Assembly: GCA_964016885.1 (NCBI GenBank)
Contig: OZ024759.1
Span: forward strand, 17,050,001-17,114,000
DNA from: Eledone cirrhosa
Lineage: Eukaryota
Direction of reading: 5' to 3'
DNA: 64,000 bases
The position numbers and the translations under genes were made by a program. Below, piece by piece: positions 1-13,545 of this stretch (within the stretch, counting starts at the first letter, position 1; each line of letters starts with the position of its first letter). The notes under the pieces are model-generated. The model did not search any database and had not been told where the DNA came from. It saw only the letters and a program-made list of their open reading frames with translations.

Positions 1-349
1 AAGAGAACATTAAAATTATAGTTGAAACATCATGTGACAAAAATATGGAGTGTATGTGTGTGTGATGGTGTGTGGGTGTGTCTGCACGTGTGATAGTGTG
101 TGCATGTGTGCATGTATGTGATGGTGCATGTATGTGTGATGGACTGTGTGTATATGTGCGTGAGTGTGTATCTGCAAGTGACTGTATGTAAATGTGTGAT
201 AGAATGTGTGTGTATCTGTGTGTGCATGTGTCTGTCTGTGTATGTGTGGGTGTGTGCATACAACTGCGCATATATATGAGGTGTATATGTATCTGTGCAT
301 GTTTGGGTGGGTGCATATATCTGTACATATGTCTGCATCTGTGTGTTTG

Positions 350-690
350 CATCATCATCATTTCATTTTGCGTCCACTTTTCCCTGCTTACAAGGGTGGG
401 ACGGGAACTGATTCTGGCTTGATTTCTACAGCTGGATGCCCTTCCTAACACCAACCTCATTTAGAGTGAGTGCTGGGTGCTTTTTTGCCGTGGCACCCCC
501 ACGACTACTTTGCAGTGGAATGATATGGACCCCAGCCCCTATCATCTCATTTCTACAGCTGAGTAAACTGGAGTAATGTGAAATAAAGTGCCTTGCTCAA
601 GGAAACAACACATCACCCGGTCTGAGAATTGAACTCACAACCTTTCGATTGCAAGCCCAATGCTCTAATCACTAAGCCATGTGCCTCCAT
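350..690 (-). mobile_element. tRNA-derived SINE (family S2) with RTE-like (GAT)n tail
   Basis: A-box tggcttagtgattag, B-box gagttcaattc. The tail ggacg(c/t)aaaatgatgatg is shared with the RTE 3' ends. Confidence 0.8.
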
Positions 691-994
691 TCTGCATGTG
701 TGTGTGTATACATATCTGTTTAGATGGCTTCCCATGGGTTTCTCAGGTGTTTTAATGAGAAGGATCCCCAGGCCTATCAAGAAAAAGAGGAACACGAAAC
801 AAAGATTGTTGCCGAAGCTTAACAACATGTCGTCCTTCCCAGGATTTGAACCCATGACCTTACGACTATAAGACCAACACTTTAACCACTAGCCCACAAA
901 GAGTGTGTGTGGAGAGGGGGTGGGGTTGGGGGTTGGTGGTGAAGAAAAACAAACAAGAAAAAAAAACTGGGTTGTTATAGATTTGATCACATAC

Positions 995-1142
995 GTTCCT
1001 TTGCCGTCGCCACAAACAACCATTCTCTTATTATCTGCAGACCAGGCAATGTCTTTGATAGTTCCTGATAATGGTTGATGTTCTTTTGAGAGGACATGCT
1101 CTGGGTTGATTGTATCCCAAATTCGAATTTTTCCCCTGTCAT
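995..1142 (-). CDS. WDR1: WDR1/AIP1 coding exon 4
   Basis: poly-T cag|AT GAC AGG...GGA AC|gtatgt, 148 nt. Encodes (D)DRGKIRIWDTINPEHVLSKEHQPLSGTIKDIAWSADNKRMVVCGDGKG. Phase is continuous with exon 3. The gene continues beyond position 1. Confidence 0.95.
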
Positions 1143-1294
1143 CTGAAAAAAAAAAAAAATATATATATATATATATATTTTTTTTTTTGAGAGAACTGCT
1201 GGATTCTAATCTACCAGTCTCTTCTTAGCGCTGAGGGAGACCATCACCATTCTGTTAATGTCAATATAATTCTTATATCGTTATTGATTGGGCA

Positions 1295-1418
1295 TCCACT
1301 GATGAGTTTATAAGAGCCCGCTTGTGTATAAAACTACGGATTATATACAAGTTTCTACATAACCTGGAAATTATTTATCCCAAATTGTAGAAATCTTATA
1401 AGGAAACGGCCGTCTGGA
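1295..1418 (+). ncRNA. Hammerhead-like motif with long branched stem II
   Basis: tcca CTGATGA g tttataaga ... tcttataag GAAA cggccg TC|tgga. Stem I is TCCA/TGGA, stem III is palindromic (ACGGCCGT), and stem II contains two internal hairpins. Confidence 0.55.
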
Positions 1419-2703
1419 AGAAATGAGATATTTATTTAATAATGTCTCATAAAATAATTGTTTCTACTTTAGGCACAAGGCCAGCAATTACCCAGTGCAT
1501 TACTGGTACTTTTATTTTATCGACCCCGTAAGGATGAAAGGCAAAGTCAACCTCATACAACCAATTATCCACGAAATACTGATTAGTTAGCACCCCAAAC
1601 ACTAAATTAGGATAATACTTAGGTATATCCTAATGTTTGTTGAGTGAGATGGAGTTGGTCGAAGTATCGCTTAAGGCTTTCTCTGTTTATGTATTGTATA
1701 TATATATATATATATATGCAGAGGTTATATTTAATTTGTTGGGATTCAACAAGCTTAAAAATGTTTATAACTGATATAAAGCACTCAACAGTAAAGTGGA
1801 GTAAATACACAATATATTAATAAATTGGAAACTATATAATAAAATAAATATGGTTTTATAAATATAGTTTCCATTTATTAATATATATATATATAAATCT
1901 ATCATCATCATCATCATCATGGACGTTAAACGATGATGATGATGATGATATATATATATCATCATCGTTTAACGTCCATCTTCCACGCTAGCATGGTGCT
2001 TTATTTATCAACCCTGTAAGGATGAAAGAAAGGCAAAGCTAACCATGGCAGGATTTGAACTCAGAACATAAAAGGACGTAACTATATGCGGCAAAGTACG
2101 TTGCCCGACGCTCTACCAATTATTGCCAAACAGCTGCCCTAATAATAATAATAATAATAATTGTTTCTACTTTAGGCACAAGGCCAGCAATTACCCCAGT
2201 GCATTACTGGTGCTTTATTTTATCGACCCCGTAAGGATGAAAGGCAAAGTCAACCTCGGCGGGATTTGAACTCAGATCGTAAAGGGACGTAACTATGCTG
2301 GAAAGCATGGCGTCCGACCCTCTACCGATACTGCCAATACACCGCCCAATAATAATAATAATAATAATAATGGTTTCTACTTTTAGCACAAAGCCAGCAA
2401 TTACCCCAGTGCATTACTGGTGCTTTATTTTATCGACTTCATAAGGATGAAAGGTAAAGTTAACCTCGGCGGGATTTGAACTCAGAACGCAAAGGGCCGC
2501 AACTCGATGCTGCAAAGCACGTCCGATGCTCTACCGATACTGCCAATCCACAATGGTTTCAGATATGGGTACAAGACCAGCAATTTTAGGGGAGCGGTGT
2601 AGTCGATTAAATTGACCCTAGTGCTGGTAATAGGTCTGTAATCCCTTAGTGACAACCACCCCTGAATAATATAAACTGATAAGAAGAAAAGAAGATACTT
2701 TAC

Positions 2704-2794
2704 CTCCAGATGCAATGTAGAAGCCACTTGGAGAATATTTAGCAACCATCACATTACCGGAATGTTCTGTGTACAAATCACATTTGTTGGGATT
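2704..2794 (-). CDS. WDR1: WDR1/AIP1 coding exon 3
   Basis: ttccag|AAT CCC...TCT GGA G|gtaaag, 91 nt. Encodes [30 protein letters not shown], the hallmark AIP1 first WD40 repeat. Confidence 0.96.
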
Positions 2795-2821
2795 CTGGAA
2801 CAAGAAGAGATGTGTTATCTA

Positions 2822-4950
2822 GGGGTTTCTGTAGAGTGGGATACTGCTATTGTTGGGGGTTTCTGTAGAGTGGGATACTGCTATTGTTGGGGGTCTCTGT
2901 AGAGTGGGATACTGCTATTGTTGGGGGTTTCTGTAGAGTGGGATACTGCTATTGTTGGGGGTTTCTGTAGAGTGGGATACTGCTATTGTTGGGGTCTCTG
3001 TAGAGTGGGATACTGCTATTGTTGGGGTCTCTAGAGTGGGATACTGCTATTGTTGGGGGTCTCTAGAGTGGGATACTGCTATTGTTGGGGTCTCTGTAGA
3101 GTGGGATACTGCTATTGTTGGGGGTTTCTGTAGAGTGGGATACTGCTATTGTTGGGGGTTTCTGTAGAGTGGGATACTGCTATTGTTGGGGGGTCTGTAG
3201 AGTGGGATACTGCTATTGTTGGGGGGGGGTCTCTGTAGAGTGGGATACTGCTATTGTTGGGGGTTTCTGTAGAGTGGGATACTGCTATTGTTGGGGGGGT
3301 CTCTGTAGAGTGGGATACTGCTATTGTTGGGGGTTTCTGTAGAGTGGGATACTGCTATTGTTGGGGGGGTCTCTGTAGAGTGGGATACTGCTATTGTTGG
3401 GGGTTTCTGTAGAGTGGGATACTGCTATTGTTGGGGTCTCTAGAGTGGGATACTGCTATTGTTGGGGTCTCTAGAGTGGGATACTGCTATTGTTGGGGTC
3501 TCTAGAGTGGGATACTGCTATTGTTGGGGTCTCTAGAGTGGGATACTGCTATTGTTGGGGGTCTCTAGAGTGGGATACTGCTATTGTTGGGGGGGTTTCT
3601 GTAGAGTGGGATACTGCTATTGTTGGGGTCTCTAGAGTGGGATACTGCTATTGTTGGGGTCTCTAGAGTGGGATACTGCTATTGTTGGGGTCTCTAGAGT
3701 GGGATACTGCTATTGTTGGGGTCTCTAGAGTGGGATACTGCTATTGTTGGGGGTCTCTAGAGTGGGATACTGCTATTGTTGGGGTCTCTAGAGTGGGATA
3801 CTGCTATTGTTGGGGGGTTTCTGTAGAGTGGGATACTGCTATTGTTGGGTGGGTCTCTGTAGAGTGGGATACTGCTATTGTTGGGTGGGTCTCTGTAGAG
3901 TGGGATACTGCTATTGTTGGGGGTCTCTAGAGTGGGATACTGCTATTGTTGGGGTCTCTAGAGTGGGATACTGCTATTGTTGGGGGGTTTCTGTAGAGTG
4001 GGATACTGCTATTGTTGGGGGGGTCTCTGTAGAGTGGGATACTGCTATTGTTGGGGGTCTCTAGAGTGGGATACTGCTATTGTTGGGGGGGTCTCTGTAG
4101 AGTGGGATACTGCTATTGTTGGGGTCTCTAGAGTGGGATACTGCTATTGTTGGGGTCTCTAGAGTGGGATACTGCTATTGTTGGGGTCTCTAGAGTGGGA
4201 TACTGCTATTGTTGGGGTCTCTAGAGTGGGATACTGCTATTGTTGGGGTCTCTAGAGTGGGATACTGCTATTGTTGGGGGGTTTCTGTAGAGTGGGATAC
4301 TGCTATTGTTGGGGGTCTCTGTAGAGTGGGATACTGCTATTGTTGGGGGTCTCTGTAGAGTGGGATACTGCTATTGTTGGGGGGTCTCTGTAGAGTGGGA
4401 TACTGCTATTGTTGGGGGGTCTCTAGAGTGGGATACTGCTATTGTTGGGGGTCTCTAGAGTGGGATACTGCTATTGTTGGGGGTCTCTAGAGTGGGATAC
4501 TGCTATTGTTGGGGGGTCTCTGTAGAGTGGGATACTGCTATTGTTGGGGGTCTCTGTAGAGTGGGATACTGCTATTGTTGGGGGGTCTCTAGAGTGGGAT
4601 ACTGCTATTGTTGGGGGTTTCTGTAGAGTGGGATACTGCTATTGTTGGGGTCTCTAGAGTGGGATACTGCTATTGTTGGGGGGTCTCTGTAGAGTGGGAT
4701 ACTGCTATTGTTGGGGGGTCTCTGTAGAGTGGGATACTGCTATTGTTGGGGGTCTCTGTAGAGTGGGATACTGCTATTGTTGGGGGTCTCTAGAGTGGGA
4801 TACTGCTATTGTTGGGGGTTTCTGTAGAGTGGGATACTGCTATTGTTGGGGGTCTCTAGAGTGGGATACTGCTATTGTTGGGGGTCTCTGTAGAGTGGGA
4901 TACTGCTATTGTTGGGGGTCTCTAGAGTGGGATACTGCTATTGTTGGGGA
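2822..4950. repeat. ~29-35 bp G-rich minisatellite filling WDR1 intron 2
   Basis: Unit ct(gt)agagtgggatactgctattgtt(g)4-9t(c/t)t, ~2.1 kb in total. Confidence 0.97.
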
Positions 4951-5213
4951 CATGTAACTAGGAATATAACTGTTGTTGAGGACATGTAACTAGGGGTATC
5001 ACTGTTGTTGGGGACATGTAACTAGGGGTATCACTGTTGTTGGTGACATGTAACCAGGGGTATAGGTGCCAATGGAGGTGTTGGTAGTGATGGTGGTGCC
5101 AGTGATGATGATGTTTGTGGTGGTGGTAGTGACAGTTGTGGTGGTCATGATGATGTTGATGGTGGTGGTAGGTGGCATACAGAAGGATGACATATATATA
5201 AAACCAGACTTAC

Positions 5214-5335
5214 CTCGACATCTCTGATGACAACATTGTGTCCATTAGTGTAGAGTAAATATTTTCCTTTGGGGTCTGCACCTAAAACTATAGGCATACC
5301 ACGTTGGGTCCGAGGCAGAGTAGGAAATGTGCTTT
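5214..5335 (-). CDS. WDR1: WDR1/AIP1 coding exon 2
   Basis: ttttcag|AA AGC...GTC GAG|gtaagt, 122 nt. Encodes (K)STFPTLPRTQRGMPIVLGADPKGKYLLYTNGHNVVIRDVE, which carries the AIP1 LPRTxRGxPIVLGxDPKGKxxLYTNG signature. Confidence 0.95.
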
Positions 5336-5770
5336 CTGAAAAGTATAGACAAAGATTATATAAGTAAATTTTGTTAATGATTAACCCATTACCATTTAAA
5401 CCAGCCATATCTGGCCAGAATTCTCTCACCTCTTTCTATTCAAACCGGCCATAACCTGCCACTCATACTGATGTTAAGGTATTGTTCTCAAAATAAATAT
5501 TAAAATCTCATAAATTCGATATTATGTGAGATAATTATGTGAGTTAAAACCGTTTACCATGAAAATATCATAGTAAATATAGAGTAATGTAAATGCTTAA
5601 GGGTTAAACTTTAGTTTTTTTTCATTAATCCATTACAGCTAAGACCATGCTGGAGTACTGCTTACAATAGTAGGATTGAATGAAAAATAAATTTTCTTTA
5701 TAAAATTAGACCTGGAGTTGTAGTCACTACAGTTAATAACTTTTTTAGTTTTATTATATAGTAACTACTA

Positions 5771-5962
5771 AGGCGGTGGATTGGCAGTATCGGTAGAGGG
5801 TCGGATGCCATGCTTTGACGCAAAGAGTTACGGCCTTTTCCATTCTGAGTTCAAATCCCGCCGAGGTTAACTTTGCCGCTTTTCATCCTTACGGGGTCGA
5901 TAAAATAAAGTACCAGTAATACACTGGGTAATTGCTGGCCTTGTGCCAAAAGTAGAAACAAC
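5771..5962 (+). mobile_element. tRNA-derived SINE (family S1) with target-site duplication
   Basis: A-box tggcagtatcggtag, B-box gagttcaaatcc. Flanked by tatatagtaactac at 5755-68 and 5963-76. Confidence 0.85.
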
Positions 5963-7940
5963 TATATAGTAACTACGTAACATGACAGCTACAGCTTGAT
6001 AATGTCAGACTTCCCCATTTGGTGGCTGTTGCGGTCCGGTTACATATTCCAAAGTTGGGAAGGTGGGTGGTCTGTGTTTGGTTTGCTGAATTTGGAGGCT
6101 GAGTAGAATTTGGTTTGGCAGGAGTCATGGGTACAGGTTGACGCTAGTCTTAGGGTGTTAGCTGAGTGTTTGTGGACTAATTGGAGCAATAAGAGTCTTG
6201 CATATGTATATAGGATGTGTGTGAAAATAAATGGATAAACAATACAAGAAAACAATACAATACAATGAAAATATATATTAGTTTAATGCTTCATATGAGA
6301 GCTGTGAAATCTTGTAGGCATTAATTTCAACTCTTCTTATAAATAGCTGCATTATTTCTTTTCAGGGACATTGACTATTTAAGGTCCGTTTGGCCTCCCA
6401 TCAGTGATATGGGTGTATTGGACGCAGGGAAGATTTTTTTTATGTTTGTTTGGAAAAAAAGTGCATACAATACATCCATATCACTGGTGGGAGACCAAAC
6501 AGACCTTAAATAGTCAATGTCCCAGAAAAGAAATAATGCAGCTATTAACAAAAAGAATTGAAATTAATGTATACAAGATTTCACAGTTCTAGCATCAATC
6601 CTTCATAAGCAGCCTCGTTCCAGAGATTAAGTCAAACAACCAAGTATGTTCTACATTAGATTAATGAATCCTTCACTGATTATGATGATTAGCATCCAGT
6701 TGTTCAAACAACTGAGTGTCTTACTTGTTAAGATAACATAGAAATGGCTGAGTATTCCACAGATATTTGTACCCATAACATAATTCTCAGGCAGAACCAA
6801 CATGACATAATGCAACAAAACTGGACCTCTAAATTACCAGATGATCCATATGACGGGCTTCCACTTAGTTTCTGTCTACCCATAATCACTCACAGGCTTA
6901 GGTTGAGCTAAAGCTATAGTAAGAGGCACTTCACCAAGACGTTACACAAGGAAATTTAGCCCAGGGCATCGATCAACAAAATCCCAGACCTCATTCACTT
7001 ACTGAGTTGGGTGGAACTCATCAAATCGGACCAAGGAAACAATGTTTCCATTGGACTTTCCATTGCTGATACTATTTACCGGTCGCAACTTCTTAACCAC
7101 TCAGACATGTTTTCAGCTACTTTATAAGAATACAGCTAAGATAGATATTTAACATGGTTCACCTACCACACATATCAACAATCTAGGCAAGGAGCCAAAA
7201 GGTTTTCAATCTGCCAAAATAATATTGAATCCATTACACGATTCTCACAATAGACAGCTATTTATTTTACGTATATAGGAAATTAGTTTCCAAGTAGTAA
7301 TAGCTATGGTCTTAGAAGTATTTCATTAACTATAGTACCAACCTTCATGTTTATGCATTGGATTTTGTGCCAAACTATGACAGTGGGTTAGTGTGTTGGA
7401 CTCATAACTGAAAGGCTATGTAATCATTTCTTGGTCTGGAAAGTGCAATTGTGTTCTTGAGCAAGATGTTTCATTTCACATTGCTTTTCATGATAGAATT
7501 AGGGGCCTCTACTATTAAAACACCCAGGAAACCTTCTATGAAATGCTTTCTATAGGAAGCCAACTAAACCTACATAGGTGTGAGCTGTAACATGATAAGA
7601 CTGGGTGGGGCCTCTATCATTAAAAACACAAAAGAAACATCCTATGAAATGCAACCTCATAGGAGACCAGCTAAACCTACATAGGGCGTGAGTGAACTGT
7701 AAGAACATGATAGGACTGGGCCCCCTATCATTATAACACAACAGAAACCTCCTATGAAATGTAACCTCATAGGAGACCAGTCCTAACCTACATAGGTGGG
7801 ATTTTGACAACAAAATTATAAAAATTAGAGCCCCTATCATTAAAACACCAAAGAAATTGAGTCAAGTTGTGGGCCTCTCTCTACAAGTTATTGGCCTTAT
7901 GTCTAAAATAGAATTCATTACCAGGAGAATCACCAGAACA

Positions 7941-8271
7941 TTAGTGGTTAGAGCATTGGCCTTGCAATCGAAAGGTTGTGAGTTCAATTCTCAGACCGGG
8001 TGATGTGTTGTTTCCTTGAGCAAGACACTTTATTTCACATTGCTCCAGTTTACTCAGCTGTAGAAATGAGATGATAGGGACTGGGGTCCCTATCATTCCA
8101 CTGCAAAGTGGACGTGTAGGCACCACGGCAAAAAAGCACCCAGCACTCACTGTAAATGAGGTTGGTGTTAGGAAGGGCATCCAGCTGTAGAAATCAAGCC
8201 AGAATCAGTTGCCGTCCCACCCTTGCAAGCAGGGAAAAACGGACGTAAAATGATGATGATGATGATGATGA
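7941..8271 (+). mobile_element. SINE S2 copy
   Basis: Near-identical to 17153-17492 and 41501-41847. Confidence 0.8.
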
Positions 8272-9929
8272 TACACACTATTGACGTGGAGAGCTTTTGG
8301 ACAGCTTAAACTGGTTTACCCTTGCAACATTACAATGCAACCTCAACAGATATACCACCCCAATTATGGCGACACAGCAAAAAGTGCCCATCCCACACTG
8401 CAAAGTGGTCACAAGACAGTTACTAGTCTGTGCTTGTGTATAATATATCATCATCATCATCATCATTTTACGTCCGCTTTTTCCCTGCTTGTAATATATA
8501 TATACATACATACACATATATACATACGAAAAGATTCAGGACCCAGAGCTCAGCCATCGGGGTCCTGACTCTTTTCATATTACCCACTCTACTACTTCAA
8601 GTATTGAGTACTCTGGTGCGTTATGGTCCACCTGGTATCCTACCACACCCTCTTTGTGTTATATATATATACTTTTGTCCTTTTATAAAACACACAAAAA
8701 AATATATATATATATATATATATATATTGCACTAGCAGTAGAAATAAAAACAGAAAAAAAAAAGAAATAAAACAAATAATTGTTTCTACTTTAGGCACAA
8801 GGCCAGCAATTACCCAGTGCATTACTGGTACTTTATTTTATCGACCCCGTAAGGATGAAAGGCAAAGTCAACCTCGGCGGGATTTGAACTCAGATCGTAA
8901 AGGGACGTAACTATGCTGGAAAGCATGGCGTCCGACCCTCTACCGATACTGCTAATCCACCGCAACAAATAATGATAAGAAAAAAGGTGAACCAAAAAGA
9001 ACTAGGATTTATTTATGGACGCCCCCCCCCCCCCCCCCCTCCCCCCCCCCAAAAAAAAAATAATAGAAGATAGCTCAAATAGCAAGTTATTTATAAAGTT
9101 GTAGGAAGTAAATATGGGCAGTTCCAAAAATACAAGAAACAGATTGTGTAATGAAGTAGAGAAGGAAGCAACAGCAGCTCAAATTTCAAAATGTGGAGAA
9201 TATTTAACCGTTTTATGATGGTATCTCTAATGAAATGCTTTCTATTTTAATTAATTAACCCTTTAGCATTTACATTACTCTATATTTACTATTATAGTGA
9301 AATTCTGTTATAATGAAAATCACTAGGTATAAAAAAATATTCATTGTAACAAAAAAATTCTTTTTAATGAGATTGACCTAACACATCAAGCGTGTGGCCA
9401 GGGATGGAAAACTTGTTCGTTATACTGAAAAATTCATTATAATGGAATTTTACCTGTATATTTTAGGCTTTACCTCATAATTATCTCACAAAATATTGAA
9501 TCTATGAGATTTTGATATTATTTATTTTGAGAACAATACCTTAACACCAGTATGAGTGGCTGGTTACAGGCGGTTTGAACAGAAAAAGGTGAGAGAATTC
9601 TGGCCGGATATGGCTGGTTTAACCCTTTAGCATTCACATTACTCTATATATTCTATTATATTTTCATGGTAAAGGCTTTACCTCAAATAATTATCTCACA
9701 TAATATTGAATCTATGAGATTTTGATATTATTTATTTTGAGAACAATACCTTAACACCAGTATGAGTGGCTGGTTACAGTCGGTTTGAACAGAAAGAGGT
9801 GAGAGGATTCTGGCAAGATATGGCCAGTTTAAATACTAAAGTGTTAATGAAAAATTTTGAGGAATTTACTACAATTACTAATTATATTTCATTACTTAAC
9901 ATATAGTTATATTGTAAAATTTCAATTGT

Positions 9930-10128
9930 TGTATATACTCGAATATAAGCCGAGGAATATGTAAGCCCACCAAAACAATCAATGGTTGAAAGGGGAAGGT
10001 CAGCTTATATTTGAGGTCAATGTTTTGATGATTGTCACCAACTTCAAATTCTACATAAATAAGGTTAGGAATTTTGTCCATTTCCCAGACATAAAATCGT
10101 GGGGTCAGCTTATATTTGAGTATATATG
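9930..10128. mobile_element. pogo/Tigger-like MITE remnant
   Basis: Ends gtatatactcgaatataagccga and tcagcttatatttgagtatatatg are inverted repeats. Confidence 0.5.
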
Positions 10129-11869
10129 TTAACTCCTCTCTGGCCATATTTCTAATGAACTACAAACTCTATTTTAATTAATTAATGAAGAATTTTGAGG
10201 AATTTGCAAAAGTTACTAATTATTTTATTACTAAGATAATAACTTAACATACAGTTATGTTGTAAAATTTTAATTTAACCCCTCCCTGACCATATTTCTA
10301 ATAAAATACACTATTTCAATTAATTAAGGAAGAATTTTGAGAGATTTACTAAAATTATTATTTCATCATACTCAGCTCACACTGAACAGATAGTTACAAT
10401 CTTAACATATGGTTCTCATATAAAATTATGCTGGAAGATTTTGATTTAACCCTTTAAAATTTGTAGTTTTTGCTTGGGGTTGTTATCCAAAGGGTTTTAA
10501 CCTTTCCATTACCATAAATATGATGAAAAACACTGTCTACAATTTTCAATTAATTAAAAAAAATAATCAAGAATTAAATGAGATTTCTTAATATAACTGA
10601 CTTTCTCATTCTTTATCTGGGGTTTGGAACATATTAAAAATATTATATCAAATTATGATTGGAAGATTCTAGATATACTTTAAAATAAACAGCATTTTTA
10701 TCATAGAACCATAGGTGGTTTCAGACAGATTCGTATGAAAGGAGTTTAAGCATTTGTAGGAAGTGAAAGCAAGCAGTTGCAAAACTACAAGAAACAGATT
10801 GTGTGAGGAAGTATAGCAGCAGTAACAGCTCAAATTTCTGAATGTGGAGAACATTTAATGAATAAATAGTGTAAATAAAGCACTAAAGCCTCTTACAAAA
10901 GCCTCCCTTGTTCTGTGATATTAACTAAAGTAAAATATTCATGAAGACGATTTCTCAACTAGTGGACTAATGCCATGAATAATGATTTCTTTGTTAACCC
11001 TTTAGTATTTAAACCAGTCATATCCAGCCAAAATTCTCTCACCTCTTTCTGTTCAAACTGGTCGTAACCAGTCGCCCATAAGGTATTGTTTTCAAAATAG
11101 ATAACATTAAAATCTCATAGATTCAATATTATGTGAGGTAATTATTTAAGATAAAGCCTTTACCATAAAAATACAATAGTAAATATAGAGTACTGTAAAT
11201 GCTAAAGAGTTAAATGAATTTAATTTTTGTAGTCCACGACTGCTATACTAGGATTACTGGATATATAAACAATCATCTATTCAAATCTAATCCAGGGCCA
11301 TCTCACACCTGTTGGAGGAACCCCACTGCTTTCTCTTTGTTTTTTTGTTATGCTTGGCCAATTGTAGGTTGGTGAAGCTATTAAAATCATATTTGGGGTG
11401 GATGGCTGTTGACTCTTAGGAGTATATCTGCCCTGTTAACAGCAGATGTTTAGAGCCAACTGTATCAGCTACTCTCGGGTCTCAAATAATCGTTCCCTTA
11501 CACTTATTCATTTTTCAGATTTTCCCCCATCACCCCCTGCTTAATAAATTTTGCTAATCTATCTCTGCCAAAATTTTATTTTAAGTTGTAGCATTCCTGT
11601 AACAATTTTCTTTATACAAATAAAAACTCATTATACATGACAAAAAAAGTTCTAGAAATCCCATACGTTAAAAAATAAATAGGATGGGTTTGAGTCTCAA
11701 TATGTAAACTAAACAACTAATTCTGGGTTTTAAAACAATCAACAGAGACAACCTAGAAAAATTACCGACACCTCCCACTTATTCCAGTCTCCACTGCATT
11801 TATTTCATCTCCCCTCATATTATTTGGGACCCAAGAGTACAGATGGAGATAAGGATAGGAAGGAAGAAG

Positions 11870-12382
11870 TTTAGAGAACTGTCCCACTGCTGACAACAAA
11901 AGGTTTCTCCCTACATACAAAAGAAAGGCTGTATGATGCCTGTGTGTAGTGTGCGATGCTACATGGTAGTGAAACGTGCTGTGGCCGTAGAGGACATGCA
12001 TAAACTGGAGAGAAATGAAGCAACCATGTTTTGATGGATGTGGAATGTAAATGTGAGAGAAAGGCAGGGCTTGGACAAGCTGAGAGAGAAGCTGGGTTTA
12101 AGGGGAATCCGAGATGGTGTGCAGGAGAAAAGACTGTGTTGGTATGGACATGTGATGTGCAAGAACAATGACTGAGGGGTGAAGAAATCCCAGGAATTTC
12201 CAGTGGAAGGAAGCCGCAATAGAGAACAACCAAGAAATACCTGGGCAGAGGTTGTCAGAGTGGATCTCAGATCGCTAAGTCTGGCAGAAGAGATGATGAA
12301 GGACAAGTGGAGAGATGTTGTGCTGAGAAGGACCTGTCCAAACCATGTAAGCTTGGTAAAGTGGACATAAAAACGATGATGA
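11870..12382 (+). mobile_element. Degraded RTE LINE 3' fragment
   Basis: Remnants of RLYDACV..MLHGSET, RLxWYGHVM and RxRxTW. Similar fragments at 15800-16145, 22195-22635 and 36688-37138 (+), and 51945-52150 and 55880-56240 (-). Confidence 0.75.
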
Positions 12383-13507
12383 AACACACATGGTGTATTA
12401 GTATGGTTGATTTTGTAGAGGAAAAGGAATGGCTGCTTATGTTTAGATCCAGTGGCTTCATCAGCAAGACACTCAATAACTACTACAGCAGATACTTAAA
12501 ATAATGAGGAAGTTGGGCGGGGAGTTATGGCCATACTGAAACCTAACAGCACAACTTAATATATAAAGGATTTCCTTTCCAGAATTAGCAGTATTTATTT
12601 TTAAATCAGAACAAAAGAAGAACATTTTCAGTAACACTAACATAGCTTGATTCATAATAAGAATACATTATGCCTAAAAAAAACTAATGCTTCACTGTAA
12701 ATGAGGTTGGCGTTAGCAAGGGCATCCTGCTGTAGAAACCAAGCCAAAATCAGTGCTGTATGAACAAGACATGGTCACCTGATCTAGCATTGCCCACAAC
12801 AGGACAACTAGTCTAACCCATGCTAGTGTGGAAAATGGACGTAAAACGATGATGATGATGATGAGGATGATACAAATTTGGATATGCAAACACGAGGAAA
12901 AAGTGTTCACTATCAAAGAAGAAAAGAAGAAAATGACGTACTATTTACGCTATGTTACTGAGATTTGTCTACATTGCTAGCAGACTATATTCCTCAAAGT
13001 CTTTACTATAGACAGTAGGGGTAATTAGAGGGAGATTTGGCTGCTATTTCTAGGAGGCAGTGCATCCAGCTAGAGGTTCATGGTATGAGAAAGCTGAAAG
13101 ATTTCTATGAATCTTAGCTATGTACATCATACAGGAAGCACAAAGACAGCCATCACGTATGCTCTTAAGATGATGGTACTAAAGCAAGCTACTTCATTCT
13201 AAATTTGCATCTATCTAATACATATTTGATATCTGTATAAGTTGCAAATGTAGCAGGCAAGGATCTAATTTCATGTTTTAAACTACTTCTAAGACCAAAC
13301 AGATTGTGTTCAGTGTTTACTCTGTTGAACACTTGATCTAGAACAACTGTAGAACAACTGTAGAACAATTGATGTAAATGTCGGTCTCTTATCTGAGTGG
13401 CCTGAGAGGGGGGGGGGGGGGACAAAGAGATAATAGAACACCATTGGTTTGTGAATGAGAGAGGGGAAGAGAGAAAGGATAATAGAAAACCATTGGTTTG
13501 TGTAGGT

Positions 13508-13545
<38 letters not shown>

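Noticed and set aside
2822-4950. CRISPR-like ~30-bp repeats
   Set aside because: The units are contiguous with no unique spacers, there are no cas genes, and the array lies in a eukaryotic intron.
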